DNA of 64,000 bases from a virus: IMG/VR virus record IMGVR_UViG_2864926767_000001, one strand, 5' to 3'. Position 1 is the stretch's first letter; every line of letters starts with the position of its first letter. Below the pieces are notes generated by a model, which saw only the letters and a program-made list of their open reading frames with translations, searched no databases and was not told where the DNA came from. Below, piece by piece: positions 12,412 through 22,981 of this stretch. A program made the position numbers and the translations under genes.

Positions 12412-13296
12412 TTAATGCTCCAATTCACCGCCCAGGTTTTCAACCATGGTGGTCAGCAGCTCTGAGACGTACTTGGAGATCAGGATCATGTCTGCCGCAA
12501 GCAGCTCCAGCGGCTCCCCGGTGCCGGCATCATGGTCTTCGAATGCGGCATCGGTGAGTTTGAAGCCCTTGAAGACAAAGTCTTCGGTCAGGCTGAAATC
12601 GACCTTCTTGTCGTGTTGCAGCTTGATCTGACTGATGACATAGCCTTCCGTGAGGTATTCGCGGAGGCGCTCGTCATCCAGGTCGTTCTTGTTGTATTTG
12701 ATCTGGCTGCCATCGCGCTCCAGGATACAGGAGTCGCCGAACAGCAGGTCTTTGGGCATCTGCGCGTGCTGCATCCAGGTAGTGATGCAGGTCTTCACGT
12801 TGTGCTGCGGACGCATCGGATAGATGACGTTTGAGGACATGCCGTCGCGGATGGCCGAAACCATCACATCAGCGTTCTTAGCGCTGCCCGTGTCGATGAT
12901 CAGCAGCTTGTTGATGTTGTCGATGTAGGCCCAGAGGTCTTTTGCCCTTGGCGCCGCCTGGTCAGTGAGGCGTTTGGTGATTTCCTCTTTGATGTCCCGG
13001 CGCTCGCTGCTCTTGATCTTCTCACCACCGCGCTCGAGCTTGAGGATCTGGATACGCTTATCCAGCTCAGTCTTTACGGCACCAGGGTCAGCTCGACGGG
13101 TTTCGGTGCGTAGGCAGAATAGGAAGCACTTATTCTGCTCGAAGACGCGCTGCTCAAGGCCGAAGATCTGGGCAAAGCCCTGAGTCTCATGCTGCTTGTC
13201 CCTGATCGGCTGGAATGCCTTCGACTCCAGGTGCTCCTGGAATGCCTCAACGTCGATGGGATCGATGCGGTAGGCGTTGATGTTTGAGAATTTCAT
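12412..13296 (-). CDS. rdgC: Recombination-associated protein RdgC
   Basis: MKFSNINAYR, AF.P....ETQGF, IKEEITKRL, LLIIDTGSAKNA, FSLTEDFVFK; about 294 aa. Confidence 0.85.
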   Translation of the reverse strand: MKFSNINAYRIDPIDVEAFQEHLESKAFQPIRDKQHETQGFAQIFGLEQRVFEQNKCFLFCLRTETRRADPGAVKTELDKRIQILKLERGGEKIKSSERRDIKEEITKRLTDQAAPRAKDLWAYIDNINKLLIIDTGSAKNADVMVSAIRDGMSSNVIYPMRPQHNVKTCITTWMQHAQMPKDLLFGDSCILERDGSQIKYNKNDLDDERLREYLTEGYVISQIKLQHDKKVDFSLTEDFVFKGFKLTDAAFEDHDAGTGEPLELLAADMILISKYVSELLTTMVENLGGELEH

Positions 13297-13319
13297 TGTA
13301 AAGGAATCGCTCCATCTCC

Positions 13320-14147
13320 GTGATCTTGGGTACGGCAGCCCGTCGAGGCGACCGAAGGGGACGTGATAATTACAGATTAATTGACAGAGTGGAAGTGAAT
13401 CCGCAGACTCCCTGCCTGCTCCTTTTCCATTATATTGTCGGTCTCGTTGTGTCACCTTCCGATCCCGTAGCCAGGCGCGAACAGCTAGCCATCTGGACGG
13501 CCCACCAGCCGTTGGCGAAGGCTCTCGTCCGGGAGAAGTGTGCCTTCAACCCCAGTATCGCCAAGGATGCGCTCCAGGAGGTGCAGCTTGCCCTCTGGGA
13601 GGCTACCCTCGAGCGGGATGTAGAGCTGGGCGACGCCTTCGCGGCCTTTGCCCACAAGCGAATGAGCCGGCGGCTCATCCACTTCCTCAGATACCTCGTC
13701 GAGGATAAGCCCAAGCTCTCAAGCCGCGAGCGTGAGCTGATCAAAGCCATTCGAACACGCGTGCGCGCCGGCACCGCACTCAACACCCTGATCATCAACG
13801 AACTCAGCCAAGAGCATGGTGTGGGCATGTTCAGGATCGTTGTCTTGCTCAATACCTGGGTGCACAACATGTCGGCGTACACGGCTGATGCGCACGCGAC
13901 TCTCGATAGGCTTTCATCGGAAGAGCCGGATTTCGATGTGGATGATGAGCACCAACTCCTTGAGTTGGAGCTGGCCTTAGCGAAGCTCAACGAACGTGAG
14001 CTTGAGATTATCCAGGGCCGTTACCTGCAAGACCCCAATTCGACACTGGCTGAACTGGCGGCGCGCTTCAGCATTACCCCCCAGCGCGTTCGGCAGATCG
14101 AGGTGGCAGCCATTGGGAAGCTAAGATCGCTGCTTCCCGCCGGCTGA
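13320..14147 (+). CDS. Sigma-70 family factor (RpoH-like region 4); true start likely GTG 13449
   Basis: Region 2 DALQEVQLALWEA..FAAFA; region 4 LNERELEII..TLAELAARFSITPQRVRQIE. Confidence 0.8.
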   Translation: MILGTAARRGDRRGRDNYRLIDRVEVNPQTPCLLLFHYIVGLVVSPSDPVARREQLAIWTAHQPLAKALVREKCAFNPSIAKDALQEVQLALWEATLERDVELGDAFAAFAHKRMSRRLIHFLRYLVEDKPKLSSRERELIKAIRTRVRAGTALNTLIINELSQEHGVGMFRIVVLLNTWVHNMSAYTADAHATLDRLSSEEPDFDVDDEHQLLELELALAKLNERELEIIQGRYLQDPNSTLAELAARFSITPQRVRQIEVAAIGKLRSLLPAG

Positions 14148-14156
14148 GACGGCGGC

Positions 14157-15002
14157 CTATCGCCCTTTCCCGAAAATGCTCAGGATCTCTTCTTTCGAGG
14201 CCTGACGATCAGTATCCTCCTCCTGTACCTCGGATCGCGGTTCTTCCAGTGAAGACCCGTCATAGAGCCATGTGCGGTACATGGCCTTGAACCGCTCTTC
14301 CAGTTCACGAGTACTTTTACCGTTCTCGCGTTTCTCAAAGCCCCCTGCCCGACCAATGGCCTTGCGCACCAGCGGGTGGAGGTCTGTCCCCGAATGGGCG
14401 CTGATTGCCGAGAACCATGCCTCTTCGATGATTGGCACGCCCCTGCGGCTGGCCTGAACGGCATCCAGGAACTGGGTGGAGTTTGGCGCAAACACGCGGA
14501 AGGTTGGGCAGTTGGTGATCGCGTGTTCTGCCTGCCGGATTTCCTCTGGAGTAGCAGACATGCTTTCCAGGTCGGCGATCCACACGCGTTCCCTTACCAG
14601 GGACTCGATGGACATTTCTGTTTTCCAGCGGGCGTAGCAAACCCCGAATTTGACATCCACGTGGGCCCAGGCCTGGCGGACGCTCTTGGCGTATTCGTTG
14701 TACGGATAACACTGCACCGTACCCGCAAGCTGAACCACCGTTTCCATACTGGGAGGAAATTTTACGAACGGGGCCAACCCGGTTCCCATCCACTCTCTCA
14801 GCTGTATCAGGGTCTCAAGCGTAATCCCTGCGAAAACCAGCTCAGCAACGAGATTCGGCAGGTAGGTGTTGCTCACCCCGAGCTGATCCTCCACCAACTT
14901 GATGTTGTACCTGGTGGTGAAGTGCTTGTAGAGCTTGGCGGCTTCAGCCAACAGCTTGGGGTAGAGTTCTTTCTTTTGCTGTTCGTCCTGCATGTTCGCC
15001 AC
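14157..15002 (-). CDS. Putative lambda P-like helicase loader
   Basis: PFVKFPPS motif and HPLVRKAIGRAGGF..ELEERFKAMY resemble the lambda P family C-terminus; coupled to an O-like gene. Confidence 0.45.
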   Translation of the reverse strand: MANMQDEQQKKELYPKLLAEAAKLYKHFTTRYNIKLVEDQLGVSNTYLPNLVAELVFAGITLETLIQLREWMGTGLAPFVKFPPSMETVVQLAGTVQCYPYNEYAKSVRQAWAHVDVKFGVCYARWKTEMSIESLVRERVWIADLESMSATPEEIRQAEHAITNCPTFRVFAPNSTQFLDAVQASRRGVPIIEEAWFSAISAHSGTDLHPLVRKAIGRAGGFEKRENGKSTRELEERFKAMYRTWLYDGSSLEEPRSEVQEEDTDRQASKEEILSIFGKGR

Positions 15003-15716
15003 CTAGCGGTTTTCAATCAGATCCAACAGGGCTGCCATGTGATCCTCTTCAGAGGCCTGCACCTGGGCTTTGGAGCCGCTCTCTTTGAGCCAGTTCCTGA
15101 TCCACAAGTGCATCATCCGGATCTTAGGCCTGGCGTTGTGTCGCAGCTCTGAGAACATGAGTGCAAGTGCTGCCTCGATGTCTACACTCGGAAACTCCGT
15201 GCGCAAGGCTTGGAGAAGTCCATCATCTGGCTTGAACGCGATACCGTCGATGCTGAAATTCTCGCACGGGAGCCAGCCCGGATACCCGCCTTCCATGAAC
15301 GGCTTTCGCTCAGCGCGCGGGATTATCAGGGTAACCTCCTGCACGACGGACTTACCAACCTTGACCAAGTCGAGCGTCTCGACGTGATCCTGGACTGTCT
15401 TCTCCTTCAGGCGGGAGTGCATCCTGGTGGTCTGCTTCCGGGCGATCCCTTTGGCAGCCTGGCTAATGGACTCACAGATCAGCAGCGGCTCGATGTTGCT
15501 GTAGTCGACCAGCCAGTAACCACACTTTTCAAGGGCGCCTATCGCGCTCCAAAGCTGCTCTGGTGGGAGTTCCCATTCACGAGCCCAGGCATCAACCGCC
15601 ATCTGCAGCTTGCCGGCCGGCCTTGCCGCCATCAGCATTGCATTCAGCTCTCGACAGATGGCCCGCTCGATGAAAGGCATCCCGGCAGCCCTGAGCTCAT
15701 GGCTCAAATCGTCCAT
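15003..15716 (-). CDS. Putative phage-type replication initiator (wHTH plus C-terminal helical domain)
   Basis: C-terminal FPSVDIEAAL..MHLWIRNWLK resembles phage initiator C-termini; YdaU-like N-terminus. Confidence 0.45.
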   Translation of the reverse strand: MDDLSHELRAAGMPFIERAICRELNAMLMAARPAGKLQMAVDAWAREWELPPEQLWSAIGALEKCGYWLVDYSNIEPLLICESISQAAKGIARKQTTRMHSRLKEKTVQDHVETLDLVKVGKSVVQEVTLIIPRAERKPFMEGGYPGWLPCENFSIDGIAFKPDDGLLQALRTEFPSVDIEAALALMFSELRHNARPKIRMMHLWIRNWLKESGSKAQVQASEEDHMAALLDLIENR

Positions 15717-15819
15717 CGTTGAATCTCCTGCTTCTGTGATGGAAGGTGGCAGTCAGGCCTGCAATTTGTATAAAATTGAGGCTTGCGAGGAGCGCGGAGT
15801 CTATTCATTTTGAGGTCAA

Positions 15820-17700
15820 ATGACAATGTTGCGCGCTCACGAAGAAGCTATCGTCCTGTTCCCCCGAAGCTACAACAAGCGCGGGGATGAGAAGCTTCAC
15901 TCGGTTCAAGGTGTCACTCTGGATGGCACCGAGGTGAACATCAAGCTGCGCATCGACACCTCTCGAAAAACCCGCGAAACACCTCCAAGCATCGCCGAGT
16001 TCTCCAGGACTGACATCAAGGCCAAGAATCTATGCCTTGCGTCGCCGGAGAACAGCCGCGAAAACCGCGAAGGAATCCTGCTCTTCACAAACTGTGAGCT
16101 CGAGGAATCCAGGAAGAACACGATCCCCACCTACGTGGCCAAGTGGGCCTTCGTCCTGGCTGACCATTCGGAGACGAACGCTCCAATCTTCGGAAAGGGA
16201 CGTATTGCGCTGATCATCAACTCCGAGGCACTGCGTCGCAACCAGGAGGCCATCAAAAACCTCCAGGACACCAAGCCCATCGGCTGGGAGGCGTTGGTAG
16301 AGCAGAAGCGCCGTGAGCTTGATGATCCTTCTCTCCACCTTTTCCACGGGCACATTTACGACGAGGCCCGTGAGGTCACCCTTCCTCTGACCGACAAGGC
16401 TGCAGTGATTGAGTACGCAAAGCTTGTCTTCGATGAGCGTTCAAAGCATGGCGCCGTCATGGGCCTTCTGGCGCGCCTGGAGGGCGAGGCCGAAGCTCCT
16501 GAGGGATACGGCTGCCAAGAGCTGTTCCCACGTTGGAGCAAGCAGACCGGCAAGTACCAGCCGGCAGAGGACGTTCTCTCGTTCTACTTCGCGAACCTGG
16601 AACGGATCAAAGTCGACAAGACCCTGTTCAGGATCAGGCTGATGCCGATCCGCCGATACGCCGCCGGCACCCAGTTCAAAAACTACTACCTCAGCCGTGA
16701 TCCTGGCGCGTCCATGGCAAAGCTGAAGCAGAAGTTCCTCATCAACAACGAGCCTACGATCTGCCAGGTAGCTTTCACGCTGACCAAGCGTGAGGAAGGT
16801 GGCGATCACTTCCTGGGCAAGTATTACGTCCTGGATGCACCTGAGAGCTCGGTAGCTCGCCTCGGGCTTAAGTCGGATGACAGGGCCATGGCCCTGGTAG
16901 CAGGTGCTATTGATCCGTTTGCTCGGTTGCCACTCGGCATATGCTGGCCGTCGCCAATCAGTCTCCCCGAATGGTGTGTAGGGGCTCCGCCGATTAACGA
17001 TGTAGAAGCGCTGGCCCATGATCACGATGATCTGACTCTCCCCCTCCCAGAAGAAACCGAGGGCGTACCAGAGACGCTCGAATTCAGCGAGGATCTCCCA
17101 GTGCCAGAGGTCGGCCAGGATGACGTACCTCAGGGAGCTGAAGCTGAAGAGGTATCTGATCCTCAGCAAGTAATTGCTGAGCATTCACCGGATGAAGATC
17201 CCGAGTCTCCCGGAGTATTCGAAGTAAAGGTTTCCGCAGAGCTCGTGCCGGATCTCACCATTTCGCCTGAGCCTGAGCCTGAGCCTGAGCCTGTGGCGGA
17301 GCCGGTTGTTCACGAAGCGTCGTCAGAACTTGTCGAGGAAGAAGATGACTCCTTGGCCGATCTCCTAGAGCTTGATGTCACAGACGAACAGCTCAGGATT
17401 GCCGAGGAAGAGCGAGAGCAAGTTGTAGCTTCCATTGCCCAGGATGCGCTCGATACCGCCCAGGAGGAGCCCCAGGAGGCCCAGGATGAACTGGAATACC
17501 CTTCCGACTCGTCTGTGGTAGGGGAAATGGTGATCGTTGATTCTGCGGCCGCTGGAGAGGCTACTGATGAAGGTGCCCGCTTTGCCCAACCAGACGGGGT
17601 AACCCCTCCATCGCTACCAGCGCCAGATGGCGAGCCAGAAACAGACAAGCCCGCCAGTGGCGGGCTTGCTGCGATTCTCAAGAAGCGCGGCTTGCTCTGA
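15820..17700 (+). CDS. Hypothetical protein with about 230 aa acidic, Pro-rich disordered tail
   Basis: 626 aa ORF, GAGG SD; (CCTGAG)n encoding PEPEPEPEP near 17266-17293. Confidence 0.8.
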   Translation: MTMLRAHEEAIVLFPRSYNKRGDEKLHSVQGVTLDGTEVNIKLRIDTSRKTRETPPSIAEFSRTDIKAKNLCLASPENSRENREGILLFTNCELEESRKNTIPTYVAKWAFVLADHSETNAPIFGKGRIALIINSEALRRNQEAIKNLQDTKPIGWEALVEQKRRELDDPSLHLFHGHIYDEAREVTLPLTDKAAVIEYAKLVFDERSKHGAVMGLLARLEGEAEAPEGYGCQELFPRWSKQTGKYQPAEDVLSFYFANLERIKVDKTLFRIRLMPIRRYAAGTQFKNYYLSRDPGASMAKLKQKFLINNEPTICQVAFTLTKREEGGDHFLGKYYVLDAPESSVARLGLKSDDRAMALVAGAIDPFARLPLGICWPSPISLPEWCVGAPPINDVEALAHDHDDLTLPLPEETEGVPETLEFSEDLPVPEVGQDDVPQGAEAEEVSDPQQVIAEHSPDEDPESPGVFEVKVSAELVPDLTISPEPEPEPEPVAEPVVHEASSELVEEEDDSLADLLELDVTDEQLRIAEEEREQVVASIAQDALDTAQEEPQEAQDELEYPSDSSVVGEMVIVDSAAAGEATDEGARFAQPDGVTPPSLPAPDGEPETDKPASGGLAAILKKRGLL

Positions 17701-17712
17701 GCAAGCCTAGGC

Positions 17713-18663
17713 TTAACGCCCCAAGGACGGGGATGGGCTCGTTTCGGGGAAGAAGAACTCTCGACCCACAGTGCAACCCATCTGCCCCTTGACCCATCGC
17801 TTCTCCAGCTCTTTGAGTCGAGTGACGATCTCTTCGTGCTCGAAGTAGTCCTCGGGCTCAATACCTGCGCGCAGAGCAATTTCAGCAGTCTTCTCCAGCT
17901 GCTGAGTGAGCTTCTGCTCGGTCATAGCGTCCTTGGGAGATCTGAATTCGTAACGCACCATCGACCTGGAGCCTTCAGGCCAGAATCGAGCCGTGTCGAG
18001 GATCTCCCCGGCAATCTCTTCCACATAGCGCGCAGGCTCACCGGGGTTGGCCGGCCGGATAAGTGCGCCTGCTGGGGCCCCGCCGCCATCGCGCCAGCTG
18101 TATCCCTCTTGTTCATCCTTCACGTTGATGTAGGCGAGGAAGCCGCCGTGCAGTGGTTTATTCATCACCAGAAGCACAGTTTCCTTCATCTTCGGGTAAA
18201 CGACGATCTTGCGCTCCCCATACTGAAGGATGTGACTATCCACCAGTGCTAGGGGCTTACCATCAACCTCCTGGCCGAGCTCCAGCTCGCCAATGTTGCG
18301 CAGCGGGTTGTTCTGCATGATGAGGTAAACCTGCTTCTTGCCCGCACCCTGCCCGCGTTCCTGCTTCTTCCTAGCGTGGAACTCATGGTTGATGTCTTTC
18401 CCGATGACTACGCTCTTGTCACCAAAGCGCAGGACACCAGAGTCGTCCTTGTACGGTACGACCTTGCCTTCAAGGGTCATGATCTCGCGGTGAAGGCTGA
18501 TGTGGCGCTTGAGGCCGTCCTCGCGGATCATGTTGTACTCATCACCTGAGATGTGGTGAGCCTCCCAGCCAACCATCAGTTCGCCAGGAAAGCAGTACTC
18601 CAAGCTAAAGGCTTTCACCAGTCGCTCTTTGTTCGGTTGTGGGCTTTTCCTGTTTGTGCTCAT
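17713..18663 (-). CDS. Hypothetical protein
   Basis: 316 aa ORF with coding-like codon usage. Confidence 0.75.
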   Translation of the reverse strand: MSTNRKSPQPNKERLVKAFSLEYCFPGELMVGWEAHHISGDEYNMIREDGLKRHISLHREIMTLEGKVVPYKDDSGVLRFGDKSVVIGKDINHEFHARKKQERGQGAGKKQVYLIMQNNPLRNIGELELGQEVDGKPLALVDSHILQYGERKIVVYPKMKETVLLVMNKPLHGGFLAYINVKDEQEGYSWRDGGGAPAGALIRPANPGEPARYVEEIAGEILDTARFWPEGSRSMVRYEFRSPKDAMTEQKLTQQLEKTAEIALRAGIEPEDYFEHEEIVTRLKELEKRWVKGQMGCTVGREFFFPETSPSPSLGR

Positions 18664-18769
18664 GTGGTGTCACCGTGGGGACGCATTTCTCTTTACCTAC
18701 TATGAAGCCGGATGACGCAGGCAAGCAAGCCTTTAGCCATAAATTGCACGATCTTACTGGGCTGCAAGC

Positions 18770-18797
18770 TTGACACCCCCCTGCCCCGCCATATAAT
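18770..18797 (+). promoter_or_regulatory. Consensus sigma-70 promoter for the HU gene
   Basis: TTGACA (18770-18775), 16 bp, TATAAT (18792-18797). Confidence 0.75.
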
Positions 18798-18862
18798 TCG
18801 TGCCAGCAGTTGTGGCCCTGTAGCAGGGATGCGCTGTCCCAACCCTCAAGCTGGAGTGAACC

Positions 18863-19135
18863 ATGAACAAACAAGATCTGATCGACGCTATCGCCCAGGG
18901 CACTGGCCAGGCCAAGACCGAAGTGCGCGCCGTGCTGGACAAGCTGGTTGAAATCGCCGTTTCCGAAGTGCAAATCAACGGCAAGTTCTCGCTGCCGGAC
19001 ATGGCCATCCTGACCAAGTCCCACCGTAAGGCCCGTACCGGCACCAACCCGCAGACCAAGCAGCCGGTTGCCATCGCCGCGAAAGACGTCGTGTCCATCA
19101 AGCCCCAGGGCAAGGTCAAGAAAGCCTTCGGCTAA
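18863..19135 (+). CDS. hup: HU family DNA-binding protein
   Basis: MNKQDLIDAIA, RKARTGTNPQT, 90 aa, GGAG SD. Confidence 0.93.
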   Translation: MNKQDLIDAIAQGTGQAKTEVRAVLDKLVEIAVSEVQINGKFSLPDMAILTKSHRKARTGTNPQTKQPVAIAAKDVVSIKPQGKVKKAFG

Positions 19136-19152
19136 GAAGCTTTCTCGGTTCG

Positions 19153-19185
19153 AAACGGCCTGCCTTGAGCAGGCCGTTTTCGTTT
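19153..19185 (+). terminator. Intrinsic terminator after HU
   Basis: AAACGGCCTGC-CTTGA-GCAGGCCGTTTTCGTTT. Confidence 0.75.
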
Positions 19186-19250
19186 CAGGGGTGTCGCCTT
19201 GTCCACTGCATTTCTATGCTCTATTATCGCGAAATTGCAAAGAGGTACGC

Positions 19251-19925
19251 ATGCGACATCCCACCATTCGCCGGCAGAACAATTTCCAAGAAAAAGACGA
19301 GCTTGAGTTTGAGCGCTTGCGCCTCGAGAACCTTCGCGCTGGCCTGGTTGAGGCCAAAGCGAGGGATCGGACGCCAGCCAACGTCGTCGCAACACTTCGC
19401 ATTGCGTGTGAGATTGAAGCCGTCACCCTAAACCTGGCTCTTCTTCAGGCTAAGAAGGATGGCCACATGGCTCTCTCTGCAGCTCGTGCGTTCCTTGATC
19501 AACTTTCCTCCATGTTTCCTCGGCACTACGTTGATCAGCTGCCGGAAACGGTCTGTGACCGTAATATAGCCGAGCTCGAACTCAAGAATGTCACGGTCAA
19601 GGCGAAGAACAAGATCCTAATTCTGAGCAACGTGATCATTGATCGCTTTAAGTCTATCGAGCCTCATGTTGCGCGTGCCCGTTTTGCGTTACCTGATGAA
19701 GCGCAAGCTGAACTGCAGGGGATCAAAACCCTGGTGTCGACTTCCACCATGGAAATTCGCAAGAACTTAGGTCAGATGGAAGCTCTCTTCAGCGCGCACC
19801 CTGACATCATACTTGAGGGAATGAACCGAATCGCCCTCCCCTCGCATGTCATTAAAGAGGTAGAGTTCCACACACCCAGGAGAACAGCTTATTTGAGGCG
19901 CCTGATGTTTGATTCGCGTGCATGA
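19251..19925 (+). CDS. Hypothetical alpha-helical protein
   Basis: AGAGG SD before ATG 19251. Confidence 0.65.
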   Translation: MRHPTIRRQNNFQEKDELEFERLRLENLRAGLVEAKARDRTPANVVATLRIACEIEAVTLNLALLQAKKDGHMALSAARAFLDQLSSMFPRHYVDQLPETVCDRNIAELELKNVTVKAKNKILILSNVIIDRFKSIEPHVARARFALPDEAQAELQGIKTLVSTSTMEIRKNLGQMEALFSAHPDIILEGMNRIALPSHVIKEVEFHTPRRTAYLRRLMFDSRA

Positions 19926-19934
19926 ACATCTACC

Positions 19935-19970
19935 AAATAAAAAGCCCCGCAATGCGGGGCTTTTTATTTG
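19935..19970. terminator. Bidirectional intrinsic terminator
   Basis: AAATAAAAAGCCCCGCA-A-TGCGGGGCTTTTTATTT between convergent genes. Confidence 0.85.
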
Positions 19971-19976
19971 TCTTGC

Positions 19977-20930
19977 CTACGAGACAGCTTCGACGCTGAA
20001 GAACTTTGCTAGCACTTCCATCAAAGCGTCGTAACGATCTTTTGGCAAATTTTCTTTACTCACGACGAGTTTGAGCTCGGTAGGAGTAACAGTCATATCG
20101 CCGACTTGAACGCCTTCATGCTTGATTACATGGTCAACGTTTACTTTCTGTCTTTTTCTTCTGGACTTAGGCGGCCCAGCAATAGCCGAAAGACGCCTGA
20201 TAATTTCAGCTCGGCTAGAGATTTCCTTCCTGCTGTACAGTTTTATGCACTCCAAAAGCTCAGAGGTGATGCTCTTCTTTTTTTCTGCATCCTCTTCGTT
20301 AGCGCTGTACAGATTGGTGATGTACATGGCCTCGTTACGGCCAAGTGCAGATGGGTAATCTGCTAGGGCATCTTTAACGACATCTGGCAAATTTCCGAAT
20401 CGGACATACTTAGTCCAATCCTCATAAACAATACACAAACGCTGACGAATAGTGTCTTCGTCTTCGTGCAGCTTCTGGAGGTTATCAATACCAACCCAGA
20501 TCTCAAAGTCGTAGGTTCGTACACGGCCGGCGTTCTCGGTCATGCACAAGTAAGCCATGTCCCGATCCGAAACGATCCTGATCACAGCCTTGACCGGGAT
20601 TCCCAGGGCCTTACAGGCACGCCAGCGACGCTCACCGAAGATGATCTCGTAACGCCCGTTTTTCTTGCGGACGCCGATAGCTTGTTGCTGTCCGTTTTCT
20701 TTGATCTGTGAAGCAAGAGCGTCGATTTCGTCCTGATCGAACTTCTGCCTGTTTTGGAATGGGTTAGGGATACAGAGTTTGTTGTCCAGCTCTTGTACCG
20801 TTTCGTTCTCCATGGCCTCGTCAGTTTTAGTATATTGCGAGGCATAGGTTGAAACGGAAGGCTTTCCTTCTACAGGAGGTGTCGCTCCGCCCTGAAGATG
20901 GGCTTGAAGCCCAAGTTTTTTACTGGCCAT
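19977..20930 (-). CDS. parB: ParB/RepB/Spo0J partition protein
   Basis: NPFQNRQKF, LASQIKENGQQQAI, IIFGERRWRA, TENAGR. Confidence 0.92.
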   Translation of the reverse strand: MASKKLGLQAHLQGGATPPVEGKPSVSTYASQYTKTDEAMENETVQELDNKLCIPNPFQNRQKFDQDEIDALASQIKENGQQQAIGVRKKNGRYEIIFGERRWRACKALGIPVKAVIRIVSDRDMAYLCMTENAGRVRTYDFEIWVGIDNLQKLHEDEDTIRQRLCIVYEDWTKYVRFGNLPDVVKDALADYPSALGRNEAMYITNLYSANEEDAEKKKSITSELLECIKLYSRKEISSRAEIIRRLSAIAGPPKSRRKRQKVNVDHVIKHEGVQVGDMTVTPTELKLVVSKENLPKDRYDALMEVLAKFFSVEAVS

Positions 20931-21798
20931 TTACTACCCCCCTTTGGGTGAGCTGCATGTCGTTAATGAGGTAATCACCCAGCTCATTGTATTTTTTCGA
21001 CAGCAAACTACCCGGATTCTGCTGAATCGCGAATTGTTTGAAGTGAGTTCCCTCTTCCACTTCCACACGGTGAGGGATGTAATGCTCAAGGCGCGGTATC
21101 CCAGCGAGCATCTTTTCTTTCAAAAGCTCCCTGGAAAGAGCTGTGCGGGTATCAACTTTATTAAGAAGCACACCGCAGATCTTGAGGTTCTCGTTAAGCG
21201 CAACAGCTTCGTTGAACTCTTCAGAGCTAACGAAGTTTTTCAGGCCATCAATCGCATAGCCGCTTTGGTCAACCACATAAAGGATATGGGTGGCCAGAGA
21301 CATGATTACTTTCGCGGCGTGATCCATTGCCGGAGTAGCGTCGATGATGATCACGTCGAATGGTAGTTCGGTCTGCTCTTCATCAAAGAGTACTTCGAGC
21401 TTTTGGGTCAGCCTGGAAACCAGTTCCACCAGAGCGCGAGGATCTTGTGCGATCCGGTTGATGGTGTTGCGCAGGCCCGGCTCTGCCGGAATGACATGAA
21501 GGTTTTGGAGTCGAGTGTGATTGAGGATGCAATCCTCAATTTTCATGTCTTTCTGGGAGATCAGATCAGAGAGCGGGAAACAACTCTCCCCCGATTCCGG
21601 ATCACGAAGATGATTTGTGCTGTTCATCGATTCGTCGAAGTCGATGAACAGAACGCGACGGCCTTTGCTTGCAAGCACAGCCGCTTCGTTGATCGCGGTG
21701 CTCGTCTTCCCCACCCCGCCTTTGTTGTTTGCAAACGCGAGAATTTTTGCTGTGCGGTTACGGAGAACGTTCGTGACAGCGTTCAGCGCTTGATTCAT
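20920..21798 (-). CDS. parA: ParA Walker-type partition ATPase
   Basis: NNKGGVGKTST, VLFIDFD, FDVIIIDATP. Confidence 0.93.
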   Translation of the reverse strand: MNQALNAVTNVLRNRTAKILAFANNKGGVGKTSTAINEAAVLASKGRRVLFIDFDESMNSTNHLRDPESGESCFPLSDLISQKDMKIEDCILNHTRLQNLHVIPAEPGLRNTINRIAQDPRALVELVSRLTQKLEVLFDEEQTELPFDVIIIDATPAMDHAAKVIMSLATHILYVVDQSGYAIDGLKNFVSSEEFNEAVALNENLKICGVLLNKVDTRTALSRELLKEKMLAGIPRLEHYIPHRVEVEEGTHFKQFAIQQNPGSLLSKKYNELGDYLINDMQLTQRGVVNGQ

Positions 21799-22981
21799 GT
21801 CCTGCTTCCTTGATCTGACGTCTAGTTATCGGTCTGTGCGTAAGAATATACCTTTTCTCTAAGGATGCGTCAAATCGTAAGGTAGACATTTTTCTCTAAG
21901 AAAGGTGACGCACGATCTTACAAGGCTTGTCATCTGCAAAATGCAGTGCCCTCCCCTACTCCGTCGAATACCAACCGAGGAGCTCGCGTCTCACCTTGCC
22001 TCGGCTTTCTGCAAAATGCAGTTAAAGCTAAGCGTTATCCGTGCCTGGTTTGACTAGCCCGTGGTTCTAGAGTTCACGGATTAGCGAAACGTATGGGCTG
22101 GCCAGCTGCTCCTGTTGCTTCTGCATTTTGCAGTACATGAGGCAAGGCAGATGATCGAGTGTCGGATCGAAATCGCAGCTACCGTCTTGCTCTAGCAACC
22201 GATCTGAGATCATCGGTCGGTGACGCGTAGGAAGTCCTGTCTTGACCTGGTTATTAGCTTCGGTCGTGAGAGCCGATTGATATCGCTTCACTCAACTCGA
22301 CAAGACTTGAGTGAATCTCCCGGTTGCGAACTGCAAAATGCAGAAGCCCTGGGGCTCGATAGACGTAAACGAAAAGTAGTCAGCAAGGCCCGGATGCCAT
22401 CAGGTTGGGATTGGTCACCCGGCCTTGCAGTTATACCGTTCCTTGGATGTGGAACTCGAAACATAACTCACCTTGGAAAGTGAGTTTTCGAGATGAGGTT
22501 TCTATGTCTTCGCCGAGCGATATCCAGAGCCTGGATTATCGACCTCTGGAGAATGCAGTAATCGTCTACCTTCTCGCCCGGTATGGCATCGGCATTGAAG
22601 GGTTTCTTATCGCCCGATGTAATGCTTTCTGCATTTTGCAGAAGATCACTGAGAGGCTTTGGAAGGGATGATGCTACTCAACAAATCTTCGTGGGTAAGG
22701 CCGGCGCTGAGCTCTTGAAGTGAGGGTTCTGCAAAATGCAGAAAGTGGCGAGCGCGAGAGGCTCTGCATTTTGCAGAAAGTCCGATTCGAGCCATCTATG
22801 AACCCCCAGGGCTGAGTGTTGGAGGCATCGGGTCTAGAGAACCTCTACGGAAGTCCCAGGGTTTCATTTTGATATCACGGTTGACCCCGCCATTTCCCCG
22901 AACCCCATGCTGGTCATTACGGGACACCTAGAAGCGAAACAGCCGGCCGACATGAAATCCTTCTGTCGTTGCAAGACTCCA

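Noticed and set aside
13297-13455. N-terminal extensions of RdgC and the sigma factor in the ORF track
   Set aside because: They overlap head-to-head; RdgC homology begins at ATG 13296, so this is a divergent promoter region
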